DNA of 64,000 nt from Candidatus Cloacimonadales bacterium (GCA_963665815.1 OY762463.1:3712001-3776000), one strand, 5' to 3'; numbered from the stretch's first letter, positions 10,600 through 22,110 are shown. Program-made: numbers and translations. The notes: a model not told the origin generated them from the sequence alone.

Positions 10600-10959
10600 A
10601 TGAAAAAATTATTATTAGCAATCATCTTCTGTTTCTCATTCATACTGTTGATAGCTGGCGGAATTGATGAAATCTATGAACTATCATGTGATCTAGATGC
10701 AGAAACCGGACATTATGTGATGGATGCAGTAACAAATATTGGAAATGTTCAGGTTCAAGGATTGGACGATATAAAGATATTTACTGATGAAGAGATTGAA
10801 GAGCTAAAAAACATGAGGATGATAGCGTGGACAGCAACTGATTATACGTCTCTTGTTGTATGTTCTGGTCGAGGATATGATTGCTGGACTTATATTAATC
10901 GAGCAATTGAACTCCATAAGCACTTTAAGGAAATGATGGACGAATTTAACAATCTGTAG
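10600..10959 (+). CDS. Small secreted protein with a C-terminal CxGxGxxC pair
   Basis: SD AGGAGG, signal peptide, VVCSGRGYDCW. Confidence 0.65.
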   Translation: MKKLLLAIIFCFSFILLIAGGIDEIYELSCDLDAETGHYVMDAVTNIGNVQVQGLDDIKIFTDEEIEELKNMRMIAWTATDYTSLVVCSGRGYDCWTYINRAIELHKHFKEMMDEFNNL

Positions 10960-10963
10960 ACAG

Positions 10964-10995
10964 AATGGTCAGGGGGATTCCTCTGACCGTTTTTT
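10964..10995 (+). terminator. Intrinsic terminator after the small secreted gene
   Basis: GGTCAGGGG/CCTCTGACC stem followed by a T6 tract. Confidence 0.8.
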
Positions 10996-11014
10996 ACTCT
11001 GTAAAGGGGGAAAA

Positions 11015-12175
11015 TTGAGAAAATTTACATGCCTGATATTATGTATACTTCTCTATAATTGCAAATTGAATGCTGTAAGTGTTAAGAATACAAAAGAAGA
11101 AAGAATTTTTAATACTAATGAAAAAGTGGTGATTGAATCTTCAGGATATATTGATGATACCCAGAGAATACTATTTCTAACTGTTCCCGATACAACTTTT
11201 TTTGGAACGAATCTGTTTGAGAAGACGAGAAAGTTCTTTGCTTACGATATTGAAAGCAAAGCATTCGAAGAAATTTTAGTGCCTGATGGTCATAATGCAA
11301 ATTCACTGAAAGTACCCTCATATGTATCAGTTATTGAAGATACTCTTTTCTACTTGGATTCCGGTGCCAACAGAATCTCAGCTATGAAGTACATTGATGA
11401 GAAACTTAAAAATCAATATACGTTTGATTTGGGTTACAGATTAAAAGGAGGAGTATTTAATATTATAGACTCAAAAATGTACACGTCTAAGTCTATGGAA
11501 GGGTATAAATTGAATAAAATCTTGAGTGTCTATGATATTATACAGGATAGTCAGTACAGAGATTCAAAGATTTTGAGTGATGGAAAACATTTCATGGAAT
11601 ACACAAAATATCGTGATCAATTGGATTACAGAATTAACAAAATTCTCAAAATCAGGGCAGAAATAGATAGTAGTTCAATGATGATTGATATGACTGAGAC
11701 TCTACTATCTGAGAACTCTTACTTTGCAGTAAATACGTTTAAATATCATGATAAAATTTTCGCTCTTAACGGATGTGGAACTGATATTTATGAAATTGAC
11801 GGAGATTCCGAAAAACTTTATACAACAATTGATACTGTGCTGTCACTTAGGAAGCAGGAAGTTTCAATATTGAAAGAACATAAACTAACACCTGGGCAAT
11901 TCAATACTTATGCAAAGATTAGAAAAGTGTTTTGTGATGAAAATAATAACATGATTATGATCTATTTGAAAAGGATGAAAAGGGTGAAAGAAGCATCGGG
12001 AAATCCGAAAGATTATCTGATTATCAAATTTACAGGTAACAACAATGCAGATGATGAAGTAGTATTTCCCATTGATTTTATGCCTGTTTACTATAATGAA
12101 GAAACAAGCACATTTTATGGTTTGAAAAAAGACGATGGCATACTGAAATATGTCGAGTATAAAATAGAGGTATAA
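11015..12175 (+). CDS. Secreted hypothetical protein, probable beta-propeller
   Basis: Signal peptide; LFYLDSGANRI blade-like motif; TTG start with a G-rich SD. Confidence 0.55.
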   Translation: MRKFTCLILCILLYNCKLNAVSVKNTKEERIFNTNEKVVIESSGYIDDTQRILFLTVPDTTFFGTNLFEKTRKFFAYDIESKAFEEILVPDGHNANSLKVPSYVSVIEDTLFYLDSGANRISAMKYIDEKLKNQYTFDLGYRLKGGVFNIIDSKMYTSKSMEGYKLNKILSVYDIIQDSQYRDSKILSDGKHFMEYTKYRDQLDYRINKILKIRAEIDSSSMMIDMTETLLSENSYFAVNTFKYHDKIFALNGCGTDIYEIDGDSEKLYTTIDTVLSLRKQEVSILKEHKLTPGQFNTYAKIRKVFCDENNNMIMIYLKRMKRVKEASGNPKDYLIIKFTGNNNADDEVVFPIDFMPVYYNEETSTFYGLKKDDGILKYVEYKIEV

Positions 12176-12757
12176 ATGAAGATATTATCAGTAAGTTTAA
12201 TTCTTTTTTCTGCATGTATTTCAATATACTCGATGAATGAAATGATAGAGAAAAAAGTTACAAAATACTATGATTACAGTAAGATTGCGGACTCTCTTTT
12301 ATTTAAGTACAAACTGACAGATATTAAAGAGAATGAGATTGATTTTTCTGACAGGATATATAAAGCAGAAGATCCGATTCTGCTTTGTATTGCAACACCA
12401 TATTCATGTTCTTCCTGTAATGCTTCATTTTACCCAATGCTGAATGAGTTCACAAAACTTGATTCGAACAGAACATGTTTTATCATAGAAAATCATTATC
12501 TTCGTGATACTATGAAAAGGTTCGATGAAATTGTATCATATATAGAACCGGAAACTCGCATTTTGCTTGATACGGAAGGCAGGAATGCCAGTCTGTTGAA
12601 ATTTGAAGATACAGGAAATAACTTCTGGTTTGTTATTGTAAAGAAAGGGCGAATTAAGCATGTTATAGGTTTTGCTGATTATCAGCATGAGTGTAAGCCG
12701 ATCGGTTACTACATGGAAGAATTATATAAATTCTGGGAAGTTAAAAGCGAAAAGTAG
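12176..12757 (+). CDS. Secreted thioredoxin-fold-like protein
   Basis: Signal peptide; CxxC (YSCSSC) after a hydrophobic strand; ILLD and FVIVKKG motifs; abuts the upstream gene. Confidence 0.55.
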   Translation: MKILSVSLILFSACISIYSMNEMIEKKVTKYYDYSKIADSLLFKYKLTDIKENEIDFSDRIYKAEDPILLCIATPYSCSSCNASFYPMLNEFTKLDSNRTCFIIENHYLRDTMKRFDEIVSYIEPETRILLDTEGRNASLLKFEDTGNNFWFVIVKKGRIKHVIGFADYQHECKPIGYYMEELYKFWEVKSEK

Positions 12758-12766
12758 TACTCATAT

Positions 12767-12801
12767 AAAAAAAGCTCAGGTAGCAATAACTAACTGAGCT
12801 T
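12767..12801. terminator. Terminator between convergent genes
   Basis: AAGCTCAG/CTGAGCTT stem with an A7 run on the left, giving a U tract on the minus strand. Confidence 0.7.
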
Positions 12802-12821
12802 ATCTAAATGTTGGTAGCATT

Positions 12822-14306
12822 TTAGATTTTTAGCCAATCCTCTAGTAGCCTGTTTTCAAGATTTATATCATTTTTATGTGTGAATTCATTAGTTGAGGGA
12901 TCATAATCATAATCCTCTATCCATTCATCATATTTTTCTGCAATCTGTCTGAGAGCATTAAAAATGTAGTGGAGTTCTTCATTGGTTATTGTAGGATGGA
13001 TTGAGAATCTGATCCAGCCCGGTTTCTTGGAAAGATCACCGCTGTCAATCTGTTTTGTGATTGAATGGGAAATTCTCTTCTGGATGTAATACAGGAAATG
13101 ACCGTATGTTCCGGCGCAGGCACAACCACCGCGCATCTGAATACCAAATCTGTCATTAAGCAGTTTTACAACTAGGTTGTAATGTTTATCCTGCATGAAA
13201 AAGGAAATAACACCAAGTCTTTCTTTGTGCCCTTCTTCGAGTATGCGCAATCCGGGGATTTGCGGAAGATTATCGAAAATGAGATCAAGGATTTCCTTTT
13301 CTCTCTTTATAATGTTATCTGTTCCCATTTTCTCTTTAAGCTTAACACATAATGCAAACTTTATTGTTTGAAGGAATGGTGGAGTTCCACCATCTTCACG
13401 AATTTCTATATCATCATAATAACCGACTTCGTTCCAGGGATTAGTCCAGTTAACAGTTCCACCGCCCGGTCTGTCCGGTACTTTATTATCGTACATACAT
13501 TCGTTAAAAATAAGTACACCCGGAGTACCGGGTCCACCAAGGAACTTATGAGGAGAAAGGAATATTGCATCTAACCTTTCGCTTTCTTTTTCAGGATGCA
13601 TGTCAATTTTCACATAAGGCCCCGAACAGGCGTAATCTGCAAAGCAGTATCCACCATATTCATGAATCAAGGAAGCTATCTTATGTACCCGAGGCTGCAT
13701 ACCTGTAACATTTGAGCAGGCAGAAACAGATGCAATCTTCAGAGGACGGTCTTTATACTGCTCCAGCAGTTCTTTCAAATGTTCAACATCAACCAGTCCA
13801 TCGCATGTAGCTTTTATAATGATTACATCAGCAATAGTTTCTATCCAGGAAGTATGATTTGAGTGGTGCTCCATGTGAGTAACAAAAACAACAGGACGTT
13901 TATCATCACTGATAGAGAAGTTTTCACAGTATTTCTCAGGAATCTTCAAACCAAGAATTCTCTGGAGCTTCACAATTGCACCGGTCATTCCGGAACCTGC
14001 GAGTATTATTTTATCACATTCAGAAGCATTAACATGGCTTTTAATTATCTCTTTAGCTTCATGATATGCCTTTGTCATCAAAGTTCCGGTAATAGTTGTT
14101 TCCGTATGAGTGTTCCCGACAAAGGGTCCAAATTTATCAGCAATTGCATTTTCAATTGGCTTATATAGTCTGCCACTTGCTGTCCAGTCTGCATAAACTA
14201 AAGGCTTTACACCATAAGAAGTTTCAAATTTGGCATCATAGCCAATAATATTCTTTCTGAACTGACTGAAATAGTTCTCAAGATTTCCTGAATTTTCTCT
14301 GCTCAT
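12822..14306 (-). CDS. Class V PLP-dependent aminotransferase (cysteine desulfurase/selenocysteine lyase-like)
   Basis: YADWTASGR, EHHSN, SPHKFLGGPG (PLP Lys), RGGCACAG. Confidence 0.9.
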   Translation of the reverse strand: MSRENSGNLENYFSQFRKNIIGYDAKFETSYGVKPLVYADWTASGRLYKPIENAIADKFGPFVGNTHTETTITGTLMTKAYHEAKEIIKSHVNASECDKIILAGSGMTGAIVKLQRILGLKIPEKYCENFSISDDKRPVVFVTHMEHHSNHTSWIETIADVIIIKATCDGLVDVEHLKELLEQYKDRPLKIASVSACSNVTGMQPRVHKIASLIHEYGGYCFADYACSGPYVKIDMHPEKESERLDAIFLSPHKFLGGPGTPGVLIFNECMYDNKVPDRPGGGTVNWTNPWNEVGYYDDIEIREDGGTPPFLQTIKFALCVKLKEKMGTDNIIKREKEILDLIFDNLPQIPGLRILEEGHKERLGVISFFMQDKHYNLVVKLLNDRFGIQMRGGCACAGTYGHFLYYIQKRISHSITKQIDSGDLSKKPGWIRFSIHPTITNEELHYIFNALRQIAEKYDEWIEDYDYDPSTNEFTHKNDINLENRLLEDWLKI

Positions 14307-14439
14307 ACTCTATCCAAAAAAAGTTTTTTCTCATTTTTCAATTACTTGATTTTTTTGTCAATTTCTTTAACAGTATTAACTATTAACCTGAAAGAATCAG
14401 AACTGGCTGTTATTGTATAGAATAGGAAGAATGAAGTTA

Positions 14440-15264
14440 TTACATCATTCTCATTGTGCCTTTAAAGAAATCTATGTTTACGGTAAAAATCATTGCTCCC
14501 TGTTTTTTATCAAGATTACCCGTTATTTCTTCAATGCCGGATACAATTCTGTTGATTTTCTCATCAGGGATCAAGGCAATAATTGTTTTACTCTGATTTT
14601 TATTCTCATTCATAAAACCGATAAAGTTTGCGAATATTGGTATGTTTGATATATATTCTCCCATACCGAAAGAATCAAAAACTGTTGCTCCGTCAATGCC
14701 TTCTTCCAGAAAGTACTCAAGAATATCATAGAGAAACTCTTCAATGTACAGAATAACATACATAAGTTTCATTTTTCGCATTTTTTTCTTTTTACCCGAA
14801 GACAGGCTGGTGTTTCTGAAGAGACTCTCTTTTAATGCCTGAACTGTATTTGATGAAATCAATTCCTTTTTTATGCCTGTTTTTCTAAGTAATCCTGAAA
14901 TATAAGCCAGAATCTGAACATGGACATCAACTTGCTCAGCAGGACCGAGAATAACGAAGAATACTTTCACTTTCTTTTTATCAAGGCTGGCAAAATCAAC
15001 ACCCTTGTTTGAAACTGCAATCAGAATAATGAATTGATCTAATCCTTCAATTCTTGCGTGAGGAATTGCTATTTCATCTCCGAAACCTGTTGTACCCTGA
15101 TTTTCTCTGTCCATAAGTTTCTGATAAATAGTTGAAACTGGAATATCTTTTAATTTTATGTGTCTTCCTGCAAGCTCTGCAAGACCTTTTATGGCATCTT
15201 TTTTTGAATTAGGGTTGAAACCGACCGCACTACAATCCGCACTGAAAAATTCTGTATAATCCAT
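14440..15264 (-). CDS. PTS IIA(Ntr/Fru)-domain protein fused to a PII-like C-terminal domain
   Basis: RENQGTTGFGDEIAIPHAR (phospho-His); C-terminal GIDGATVFDSFGMG...GAMIFTVNI. Confidence 0.8.
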   Translation of the reverse strand: MDYTEFFSADCSAVGFNPNSKKDAIKGLAELAGRHIKLKDIPVSTIYQKLMDRENQGTTGFGDEIAIPHARIEGLDQFIILIAVSNKGVDFASLDKKKVKVFFVILGPAEQVDVHVQILAYISGLLRKTGIKKELISSNTVQALKESLFRNTSLSSGKKKKMRKMKLMYVILYIEEFLYDILEYFLEEGIDGATVFDSFGMGEYISNIPIFANFIGFMNENKNQSKTIIALIPDEKINRIVSGIEEITGNLDKKQGAMIFTVNIDFFKGTMRMM

Positions 15265-16514
15265 TATTTCTCCATGTCATTGCCTCTGATTATCGCATAT
15301 CTCGATAAAGAAGGGCCTATAAGTTCGTTAACGAAAACTGAAAGAAGAACAATATTTATCATGTTATCTATAATAACAACCTGATCGGCAGGAAGCAGTT
15401 TTACAAGTGGGGAGGCCTGAATTAACAGTACCAATCCGATTGCTACACCTGCCTGCGGAAGCATACATACTCCCAGATATTTTCTTATTCTGGATTGTGA
15501 TCCACTGATAAGACAACCTGTGTAAACTCCTGTATATTTCCCTATAGCTCTGAATAAAATATAAACTGAGCCGAGAAGCAGAACACTTTTGTTCATGAAA
15601 ATTTCAGGTTGAAGTTCTGTTCCTGCTATTACAAAAAACAATGCATAGACCGGTGGGGATAAAGGTTCCAGAATTCTGAAAATTCTGTGGTTTCTCGGTG
15701 AGAGATTAATCAGTATTGCTCCGGCTGCCATATTCATAAGCAGAGGTGACATGTGAAAAATTATTGCTGTTGCAGTGCTGATGAATATTATTCCAAGACT
15801 GATGATAAGTATTTCATTATTATTGTTTTTTTTACGGGTTGTAATATGAATAATATATCCGCTGACGAGACCAATAGTAATAGATATCGCCACTTCCATG
15901 AATGCATGCATTACGACAACAAAACTACTTTCATTCCCCCCGGGATTCAGCATTCCTGAAACAATGGCAAATACTACACCAAAAAGAATTACACATCCTG
16001 CATCATCCAGTGCAACAACACCATAAAGGTAGTCAATAAAAACACCATGGGCACGTAATGATTGTACTATTGCAACAGTTGCAGCAGGTGCAGTGGCAGC
16101 GGCAATAGCTCCGAGAAGAAGAGCGAAAGGCAGATCTAACTTAAAGATCCACAGGGATATTGTCACCGATAGAAAAGTAAATAGAATCTGTACTACCGTT
16201 ATTATCAGAATTGCTTTCCCCATCCGCTTCAGCTTTTTCCAGTAGAACTCTCCACCGATTGTAAGAGCAATAAGTCCAAGAGCTACTTCCGTAATTGTTC
16301 GCAGGGACTCATTCATATGGTGAGGAATAACTTGTAACACAGAATCACCAAGAAGAATACCTGCAATAATGAATCCGGTGATCTCCGGTAGTTTTACTTT
16401 TGCAGATAACTTGCCAATAATATATCCAACAATGAGTAAAGTTCCTACTGAGAACAAAGGGTGCTCATTCATTGTATGCTTCAATGAATTCAGATATAAG
16501 AATAATTCGTTCAT
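15264..16514 (-). CDS. Cation:proton antiporter (CPA2-like)
   Basis: Multi-TM; ATAPAAT, VVALDDA, LPQAGVAIG; coupled to the downstream gene. Confidence 0.9.
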   Translation of the reverse strand: MNELFLYLNSLKHTMNEHPLFSVGTLLIVGYIIGKLSAKVKLPEITGFIIAGILLGDSVLQVIPHHMNESLRTITEVALGLIALTIGGEFYWKKLKRMGKAILIITVVQILFTFLSVTISLWIFKLDLPFALLLGAIAAATAPAATVAIVQSLRAHGVFIDYLYGVVALDDAGCVILFGVVFAIVSGMLNPGGNESSFVVVMHAFMEVAISITIGLVSGYIIHITTRKKNNNNEILIISLGIIFISTATAIIFHMSPLLMNMAAGAILINLSPRNHRIFRILEPLSPPVYALFFVIAGTELQPEIFMNKSVLLLGSVYILFRAIGKYTGVYTGCLISGSQSRIRKYLGVCMLPQAGVAIGLVLLIQASPLVKLLPADQVVIIDNMINIVLLSVFVNELIGPSLSRYAIIRGNDMEK

Positions 16515-16595
16515 ATTTCTTTCCCGATGAATTTATCCATTATTGCTCTTAATATTAAAGGCTGTCAATATTTGTTTTATTTTCTGATTCTATTT

Positions 16596-16680
16596 GAGGG
16601 TTTTGCATAGCTGAAAAATCAAACAGCTTAGGTTAATAAGAATATATTGAGTCATCTACTCCCAATTATGCAAAGGGCTC
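16596..16680. repeat. Degenerate MITE-like remnant, related to 774-898
   Basis: Left GAGGGTTTTGCATA; right CTACTCCCAATTATGCAAAGGGCTC, whose reverse complement begins GAGCCCTTTGCATAAT. Confidence 0.4.
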
Positions 16681-16686
16681 TATAGG

Positions 16687-17121
16687 TTATACTTCTTCAA
16701 GTACAGGACCTGTTCCGGGTATAAGTTTTCCGTTAAAATATTTCTCGCGATTTGATTTGGCTTCTTCTGCCCATTTCTCGAATCCAAGAAGTTTTATTCG
16801 GCATAGATTGTACATCTTGTAATTATGAGGGAACTTACTTGCACCATCTGCACAGGTGAGGAACTTTCCACATGGGAACTCATCGCACTCATAACAGAAC
16901 TCATACCCTTTTTCTGAAACACAATCCCAGGTTTTACAGGCAAATGCATCCATTATTTTCCCTTTCTGATCTCTACAGCCTTTGCAATATACTAAAGCTT
17001 CCGGAATGTTCATATTTTTACTGATCATTTCAACAAGTTCTTCAGTAATATTATCCTCATGTAAATCGCAATTGAAGCAGTCAATTCCGCATGGTGCAGT
17101 AAGGTTTCTTATATCTTTCAT
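16687..17121 (-). CDS. DUF3795-family Cys-rich protein
   Basis: APCGIDCFNC, CKGCR, C..K..EFCYECDEFPC. Confidence 0.85.
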   Translation of the reverse strand: MKDIRNLTAPCGIDCFNCDLHEDNITEELVEMISKNMNIPEALVYCKGCRDQKGKIMDAFACKTWDCVSEKGYEFCYECDEFPCGKFLTCADGASKFPHNYKMYNLCRIKLLGFEKWAEEAKSNREKYFNGKLIPGTGPVLEEV

Positions 17122-17274
17122 TAAATCTCCTTTACATAATCATCAATCTGTCAAAAAATATCATTGTAGATTGACCATGCTGATTCAACACTGATTATTG
17201 GTCAATTTAATAAACAGATTTGTGAATTTCAGTATTTTACTGAAACAGTCAAAATCACTTAAAAGAGGATAAAT

Positions 17275-18219
17275 ATGAGATTTGCGATTGTGGTATCAAT
17301 TTTGTTAATGATACTGATGGGTTGTTCTGAAAACAGACCTGAGAAGGGTGATGGAATGGATTTCAGTGCGTTCTGGAAATATCAGGATCCGGGAGCTACA
17401 CACAGGGAATTAGATAAACTGCTCGAGGATACTTCGGTAGAACAAAAACTTACAAGAGCTGAGATTTTGACTCAAATGGCTAGAGCGAGAGGTTTGCAGC
17501 AAAGATTCGAAGAGGGTGAGAAATACTTGATGAGAGCTCTGAAATTGATTGGTGGAAATGATAAATCCAGAGCATATATGAGATATCTGCTTGAATATGG
17601 ACGTTTGAGACTTTCAGCTAAAGATGTTAATGCCGCTAGAATTTCATTCCTTACTGTCTGGGATAAAGCTCGACAATATAATTATCCATCTCTTGCTGTT
17701 GATGCAGCTCATATGATGGCAATTGTAGAGGAACCTGAAAAACAACTTGGCTGGAGTGAAAAAGCAATTGAATACATTGAAAACTCTGAAAGCAATAAAG
17801 TCTCAGGATGGCTTGGACCATTATATAATAATACCGGATGGAGTTATCACGATCTTGGTCAATATGACAAAGCAATGGAGCTTTTTAAGAAAAGCTACGA
17901 TTTTCGTAAAGCCAGAAACGACACTATGAGTATACTTGTTGCAGAATGGACGATTGCAAGAGGAATGAGGTCTCTCAATCAGATTGAAGAAGCAAAAAAG
18001 ATTCAGCTAAAACTGGAAAACGAGTTTCTGGAATTTACAGGTAAGCCTTATGGTTATGTATACGAAGAGCTGATGGAAATTGCTCTAATTGAGAAAGATA
18101 ATGAAAAAGTAAAGGAATATGCCCAAAAAGCTTATGATATTATGTCAAAAGATAAGTATACACTGACATATGAGAGGAATAAGTTAGATCGATTCAAAGA
18201 ACTGGCTGAAGGTATATAA
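17275..18219 (+). CDS. TPR-repeat lipoprotein
   Basis: Lipobox LMGC; TPR motif LYNNTGWSYHDLGQYDKAMELF. Confidence 0.8.
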   Translation: MRFAIVVSILLMILMGCSENRPEKGDGMDFSAFWKYQDPGATHRELDKLLEDTSVEQKLTRAEILTQMARARGLQQRFEEGEKYLMRALKLIGGNDKSRAYMRYLLEYGRLRLSAKDVNAARISFLTVWDKARQYNYPSLAVDAAHMMAIVEEPEKQLGWSEKAIEYIENSESNKVSGWLGPLYNNTGWSYHDLGQYDKAMELFKKSYDFRKARNDTMSILVAEWTIARGMRSLNQIEEAKKIQLKLENEFLEFTGKPYGYVYEELMEIALIEKDNEKVKEYAQKAYDIMSKDKYTLTYERNKLDRFKELAEGI

Positions 18220-18357
18220 TACTTAATAAAGTCTTTGAAAACTGTATAATCATGTTTTCGGATAATGAAGTATTGATGAGACTTTCGAATTTTTCAAGAA
18301 TGTCTGTTTAAAGCAAAACTTGAGGATTTCTAAAAAAATGAATCATCTGATCCAATC

Positions 18358-19050
18358 ATGCAAAGATCTCTTAATTTGTACATAATGAAAAAAAATATAA
18401 ACAAAATTGATAAATATTTAAGTTCCGGAGTCATTACATTTCTGCTCCGGGGCTTTTTGCTTTTATATTTTGCATTGATTGTTAATTATCAGATTGTCAG
18501 ATTATCTGTAGATGATAGTCATTATATTGATGATGATTCGAATGTTGAATATGAGTATGGGCTTGTTCTGGGAACAACTCCTTCAATACGTGGGAAGGAG
18601 TATCCTTTTTTCTGGCATAGAATTGACGCTGCTGTTAAGCTGTATGAAAATGGCAATGTTAAAAAGCTCATTGTTTCCGGTAGAGTTGGAGAGAGAGGCT
18701 ATCACGAACCTCTGGCAATGAAGAAAGCTCTTTTGAAAAGAGGAATTCCGGAAGATTGTATTGTTATGGATAAACATGGAGACAGGACAATATACTCAAT
18801 TTACAGAGCAAAACATGTTTTTAAGTTGAATAGATTTATCATAATTTCCCAGAAATTCCACAATGAAAGAGCTTTGACAATTGCAAAACATTATGATCTG
18901 AATTGTGTAGCCTTTAATGCTGAAAATGATTCGTTTATTCCTCTGGGAAGAGTTGTAATTCGTGAGCATTTAGCAAGAGTTAAAATGTATTTCGACTTTA
19001 TTCTGAAGACTAAAGTACCTGAACAAAACGACAGTTTCTTGCATAATTGA
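18358..19050 (+). CDS. SanA/YdcF (DUF218) family protein; true start possibly 18385
   Basis: GLVLG, RIDAAVKLY, LIVSG, GDRTIYS, IISQKFHNERA, REHLAR. Confidence 0.85.
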   Translation: MQRSLNLYIMKKNINKIDKYLSSGVITFLLRGFLLLYFALIVNYQIVRLSVDDSHYIDDDSNVEYEYGLVLGTTPSIRGKEYPFFWHRIDAAVKLYENGNVKKLIVSGRVGERGYHEPLAMKKALLKRGIPEDCIVMDKHGDRTIYSIYRAKHVFKLNRFIIISQKFHNERALTIAKHYDLNCVAFNAENDSFIPLGRVVIREHLARVKMYFDFILKTKVPEQNDSFLHN

Positions 19051-19259
19051 AACTTGCTCAGAACGTAATTTTCCATAAAAACAATTTATTAATACTTCTT
19101 TACAATTAAGTATCAAAACAGAAAAAGTGTTTCAGTAAACAGGTGGTTGTGATTTGTAATAATGTTAACAACTTGTTTTATATCAAGTAATTATGTTATA
19201 AAGATATATTTTTATAATACGAAAATAGTTTAGATGCAAATCTTCTGAATGGAGGAAAA

Positions 19260-22088
19260 TTGAAGACTGAAATTTTAATAAAAGGTGCACAGGAACATAA
19301 CCTTAAGAACATAGATATTACGATTCCAAGAGATAAACTTGTAGTGTTCACAGGAGTGTCGGGATCAGGGAAATCATCTCTGGCATTCGATACATTGTAC
19401 GCTGAAGGACAAAGACGATATGTTGAATCATTGTCAGCCTATGCAAGACAGTTTCTGGGGCAGATGGAGAAACCCAAACTGGATTATATTGAGGGGCTTT
19501 CTCCAGCAATATCCATTGAACAGAAGGCAGCTAGTAAAAATCCAAGATCAACCGTAGGAACTGTAACAGAGATTTATGATTATCTGAGAATACTTTATGC
19601 CAGAATCGGAATTCAGCATTGCTATAATTGTGGTCAGGAAGTGGGAGCTCAGAGTGTTGATCAGATAATAGATCATATAATGTCAAAAGGAGAAAAAACT
19701 CGATTGCAGATACTTGCTCCTATTGTGCAGAATAGAAAAGGAGAACACAAAGATGAGCTGGAAGAAGCCCGTCGGGAAGGATTTGCCCGTGTAGTTATCA
19801 ACGGAACGATGCGGGATTTAAGTGAGGAAATTGTCCTTGATAAGAAAAGTAAACATTCAATTGATATTGTTGTAGATAGAATTGTGATAAAGGACGGAAT
19901 TCGCTCACGGTTGACAGATTCTGTCGAGACAGCCCTCAAAGTAACAGATGGTGTCGTGAAAGTTGATTATGTTGATGAGAAAACACAGGAAACTTTGTCA
20001 GAAGCAAATAGCTGTAATGATTGTGGTATCAGTTTTCCTGAACTCACCCCCCAGCATTTCTCCTTTAATAGTCCTATAGGTATGTGTAAAACCTGTAATG
20101 GCCTGGGAACAAAGATGGAATTCGATCCCGACTTGATAATTCCTGATCATGAGCTTTCCATTATGGAAGGTGCTGTCTTACACTGGGGAAAACTTGCAGA
20201 CAAGAAATCAAGCTGGCGTCTCAAGATATTAAAGTCAGTTGCCAAAGAATTCCAGTTTTCGCTGGATACTCCCTGGAAGAACCTGTCTGAAATGGCAAGA
20301 GATGTGATAATGTATGGTTCCAAGGGCAAGAAGTTTAAAATGAAATGGCAGGGAACAAGTGGGCATGGCGAATGGATGGCAAACTATGAAGGTCTGATTC
20401 CAACTCTGCAGAGAAGACTCAGAGAAACAACTTCTGAAGGTATGAAGCGTTATTATACTCAGTTTATCTCAGATAGTGAATGTCCTGATTGCCATGGTAA
20501 AAAACTTAGAAAAGAAAGTCTGGCTGTACTGGTCGGAGGACAGAGTATTGATCAGATCACATGCTTATCTGTTGGAAAAGCACACGAATTCTTCACGAAT
20601 ATTGAACTTGATGGTAATGCAAAAATTATTGCTGCAGAGGTTCTTAAAGAAATAAGAAACAGGCTGAGTTTTCTGATAAATGTTGGTCTACACTACTTGT
20701 CACTTAATAGACGATCTCCCACGCTTTCCGGTGGTGAGTCGCAGAGAATCAGGCTTGCAAGTCAGATAGGCTCCAGTCTGGTTGGCGTTATGTATATATT
20801 GGATGAACCAAGTATCGGGTTACATCAGAGAGATAATAACAGACTGATAAATATGCTGATAAAACTGCGTGATCTCGGGAATACGATAATAGTTGTAGAG
20901 CACGACGAGGAAATGATCAGAACTGCTGATCAAATTGTTGACTTTGGTCCTCGAGCCGGTGTTCTCGGTGGAGAAATCGTTGCTCAGGGACATATCAATG
21001 AAGTAATGAAGATAGAGAAATCTCTTACCGGTAAGTATCTCTCCGGAGAGTTAACAATTGAAACACCATCTGTAAGACGAAAGAAAGGCAGAAAGTACAT
21101 ACATATAAAAGGGGCAAAACAAAACAATCTGAAGAACATAGATGTCAAAATTCCTGTGGGGGTTCTTACTTGTGTTACAGGTGTATCCGGTTCAGGGAAA
21201 AGTTCTCTGATTAACCAGATTCTATATCCTGCCATGGCTAATAAACTTAACAGAGCTAATCTTAAACAGGGTGATCACGATAAAATTATCGGTTTCGATT
21301 ATTTCGATAAGATTATCAATATTGACCAACAGCCTATTGGTAGAACACCAAGATCTAATCCGGCGACATACATAAAGCTTTTTGATCCAATAAGAAATCT
21401 GTTTTCTCAGGTCCCGGCAGCGAAAATCAGAGGTTACAAACCCGGTAGATTTTCCTTCAATGTGAAAGGTGGCCGATGCGAGAGCTGTCAGGGTGCAGGT
21501 GTAAGAAAGATAGAAATGCACTTTCTGGCTGACATTTTCGTAACCTGCGAGGATTGTAAGGGTAAACGCTATAATTCGGAAACTCTGGCAGTTAAGTATA
21601 AAGGCAAGAGTATTGCAGATGTTCTTGATATGGACGTTCAGGAAGCTTTAGAAGTCTTTGAGAATGTTCCGAAGATAAAAGATAAACTACAGACTTTGAA
21701 AGATGTTGGTCTTGAATACATTAAAGTTGGTCAACCTTCTCCTACATTATCAGGAGGGGAAGCTCAGCGGATAAAACTCGCAAGAGAATTGAGTAAAGTA
21801 AGTACGGGGCAGACACTTTATATTCTGGATGAACCTACAACAGGGCTGCATTTTGATGATATTAAAAAACTGCTTAGTGTTTTGCAGAAGCTTGTTGATA
21901 TGGGGAATACTATTGTTGTGATAGAACATAATCTGGATGTTATCAAGTGTGCTGATTATATCATTGATATTGGACCTGAAGGTGGTCTTGACGGAGGAAC
22001 AATCATTGCTGAAGGCACTCCGGAAGAACTGATAAAGAAAAGAAAGTCCTTTACGGGAAAATTCCTGAAAGAGCACATGCAAAATTGA
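19260..22088 (+). CDS. uvrA: Excinuclease ABC subunit A
   Basis: Two [11 protein letters not shown]alker A motifs, two LSGGE signatures, Zn fingers; SD GGAGG before TTG. Confidence 0.98.
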   Translation: MKTEILIKGAQEHNLKNIDITIPRDKLVVFTGVSGSGKSSLAFDTLYAEGQRRYVESLSAYARQFLGQMEKPKLDYIEGLSPAISIEQKAASKNPRSTVGTVTEIYDYLRILYARIGIQHCYNCGQEVGAQSVDQIIDHIMSKGEKTRLQILAPIVQNRKGEHKDELEEARREGFARVVINGTMRDLSEEIVLDKKSKHSIDIVVDRIVIKDGIRSRLTDSVETALKVTDGVVKVDYVDEKTQETLSEANSCNDCGISFPELTPQHFSFNSPIGMCKTCNGLGTKMEFDPDLIIPDHELSIMEGAVLHWGKLADKKSSWRLKILKSVAKEFQFSLDTPWKNLSEMARDVIMYGSKGKKFKMKWQGTSGHGEWMANYEGLIPTLQRRLRETTSEGMKRYYTQFISDSECPDCHGKKLRKESLAVLVGGQSIDQITCLSVGKAHEFFTNIELDGNAKIIAAEVLKEIRNRLSFLINVGLHYLSLNRRSPTLSGGESQRIRLASQIGSSLVGVMYILDEPSIGLHQRDNNRLINMLIKLRDLGNTIIVVEHDEEMIRTADQIVDFGPRAGVLGGEIVAQGHINEVMKIEKSLTGKYLSGELTIETPSVRRKKGRKYIHIKGAKQNNLKNIDVKIPVGVLTCVTGVSGSGKSSLINQILYPAMANKLNRANLKQGDHDKIIGFDYFDKIINIDQQPIGRTPRSNPATYIKLFDPIRNLFSQVPAAKIRGYKPGRFSFNVKGGRCESCQGAGVRKIEMHFLADIFVTCEDCKGKRYNSETLAVKYKGKSIADVLDMDVQEALEVFENVPKIKDKLQTLKDVGLEYIKVGQPSPTLSGGEAQRIKLARELSKVSTGQTLYILDEPTTGLHFDDIKKLLSVLQKLVDMGNTIVVIEHNLDVIKCADYIIDIGPEGGLDGGTIIAEGTPEELIKKRKSFTGKFLKEHMQN

Positions 22089-22110
22089 GTATTTTAAAAG
22101 TACAATAAAC

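Noticed and set aside
12822..14306. Class V enzyme as the dedicated selenium donor for the sel cassette
   Set aside because: It lies about 40 kb away and belongs to a widespread family; nothing in the sequence links it to selA.
19128..19141. Palindrome TGTTT-N4-AAACA upstream of uvrA as an SOS box
   Set aside because: I found no matching copy upstream of umuDC, so a single AT-rich palindrome is insufficient.
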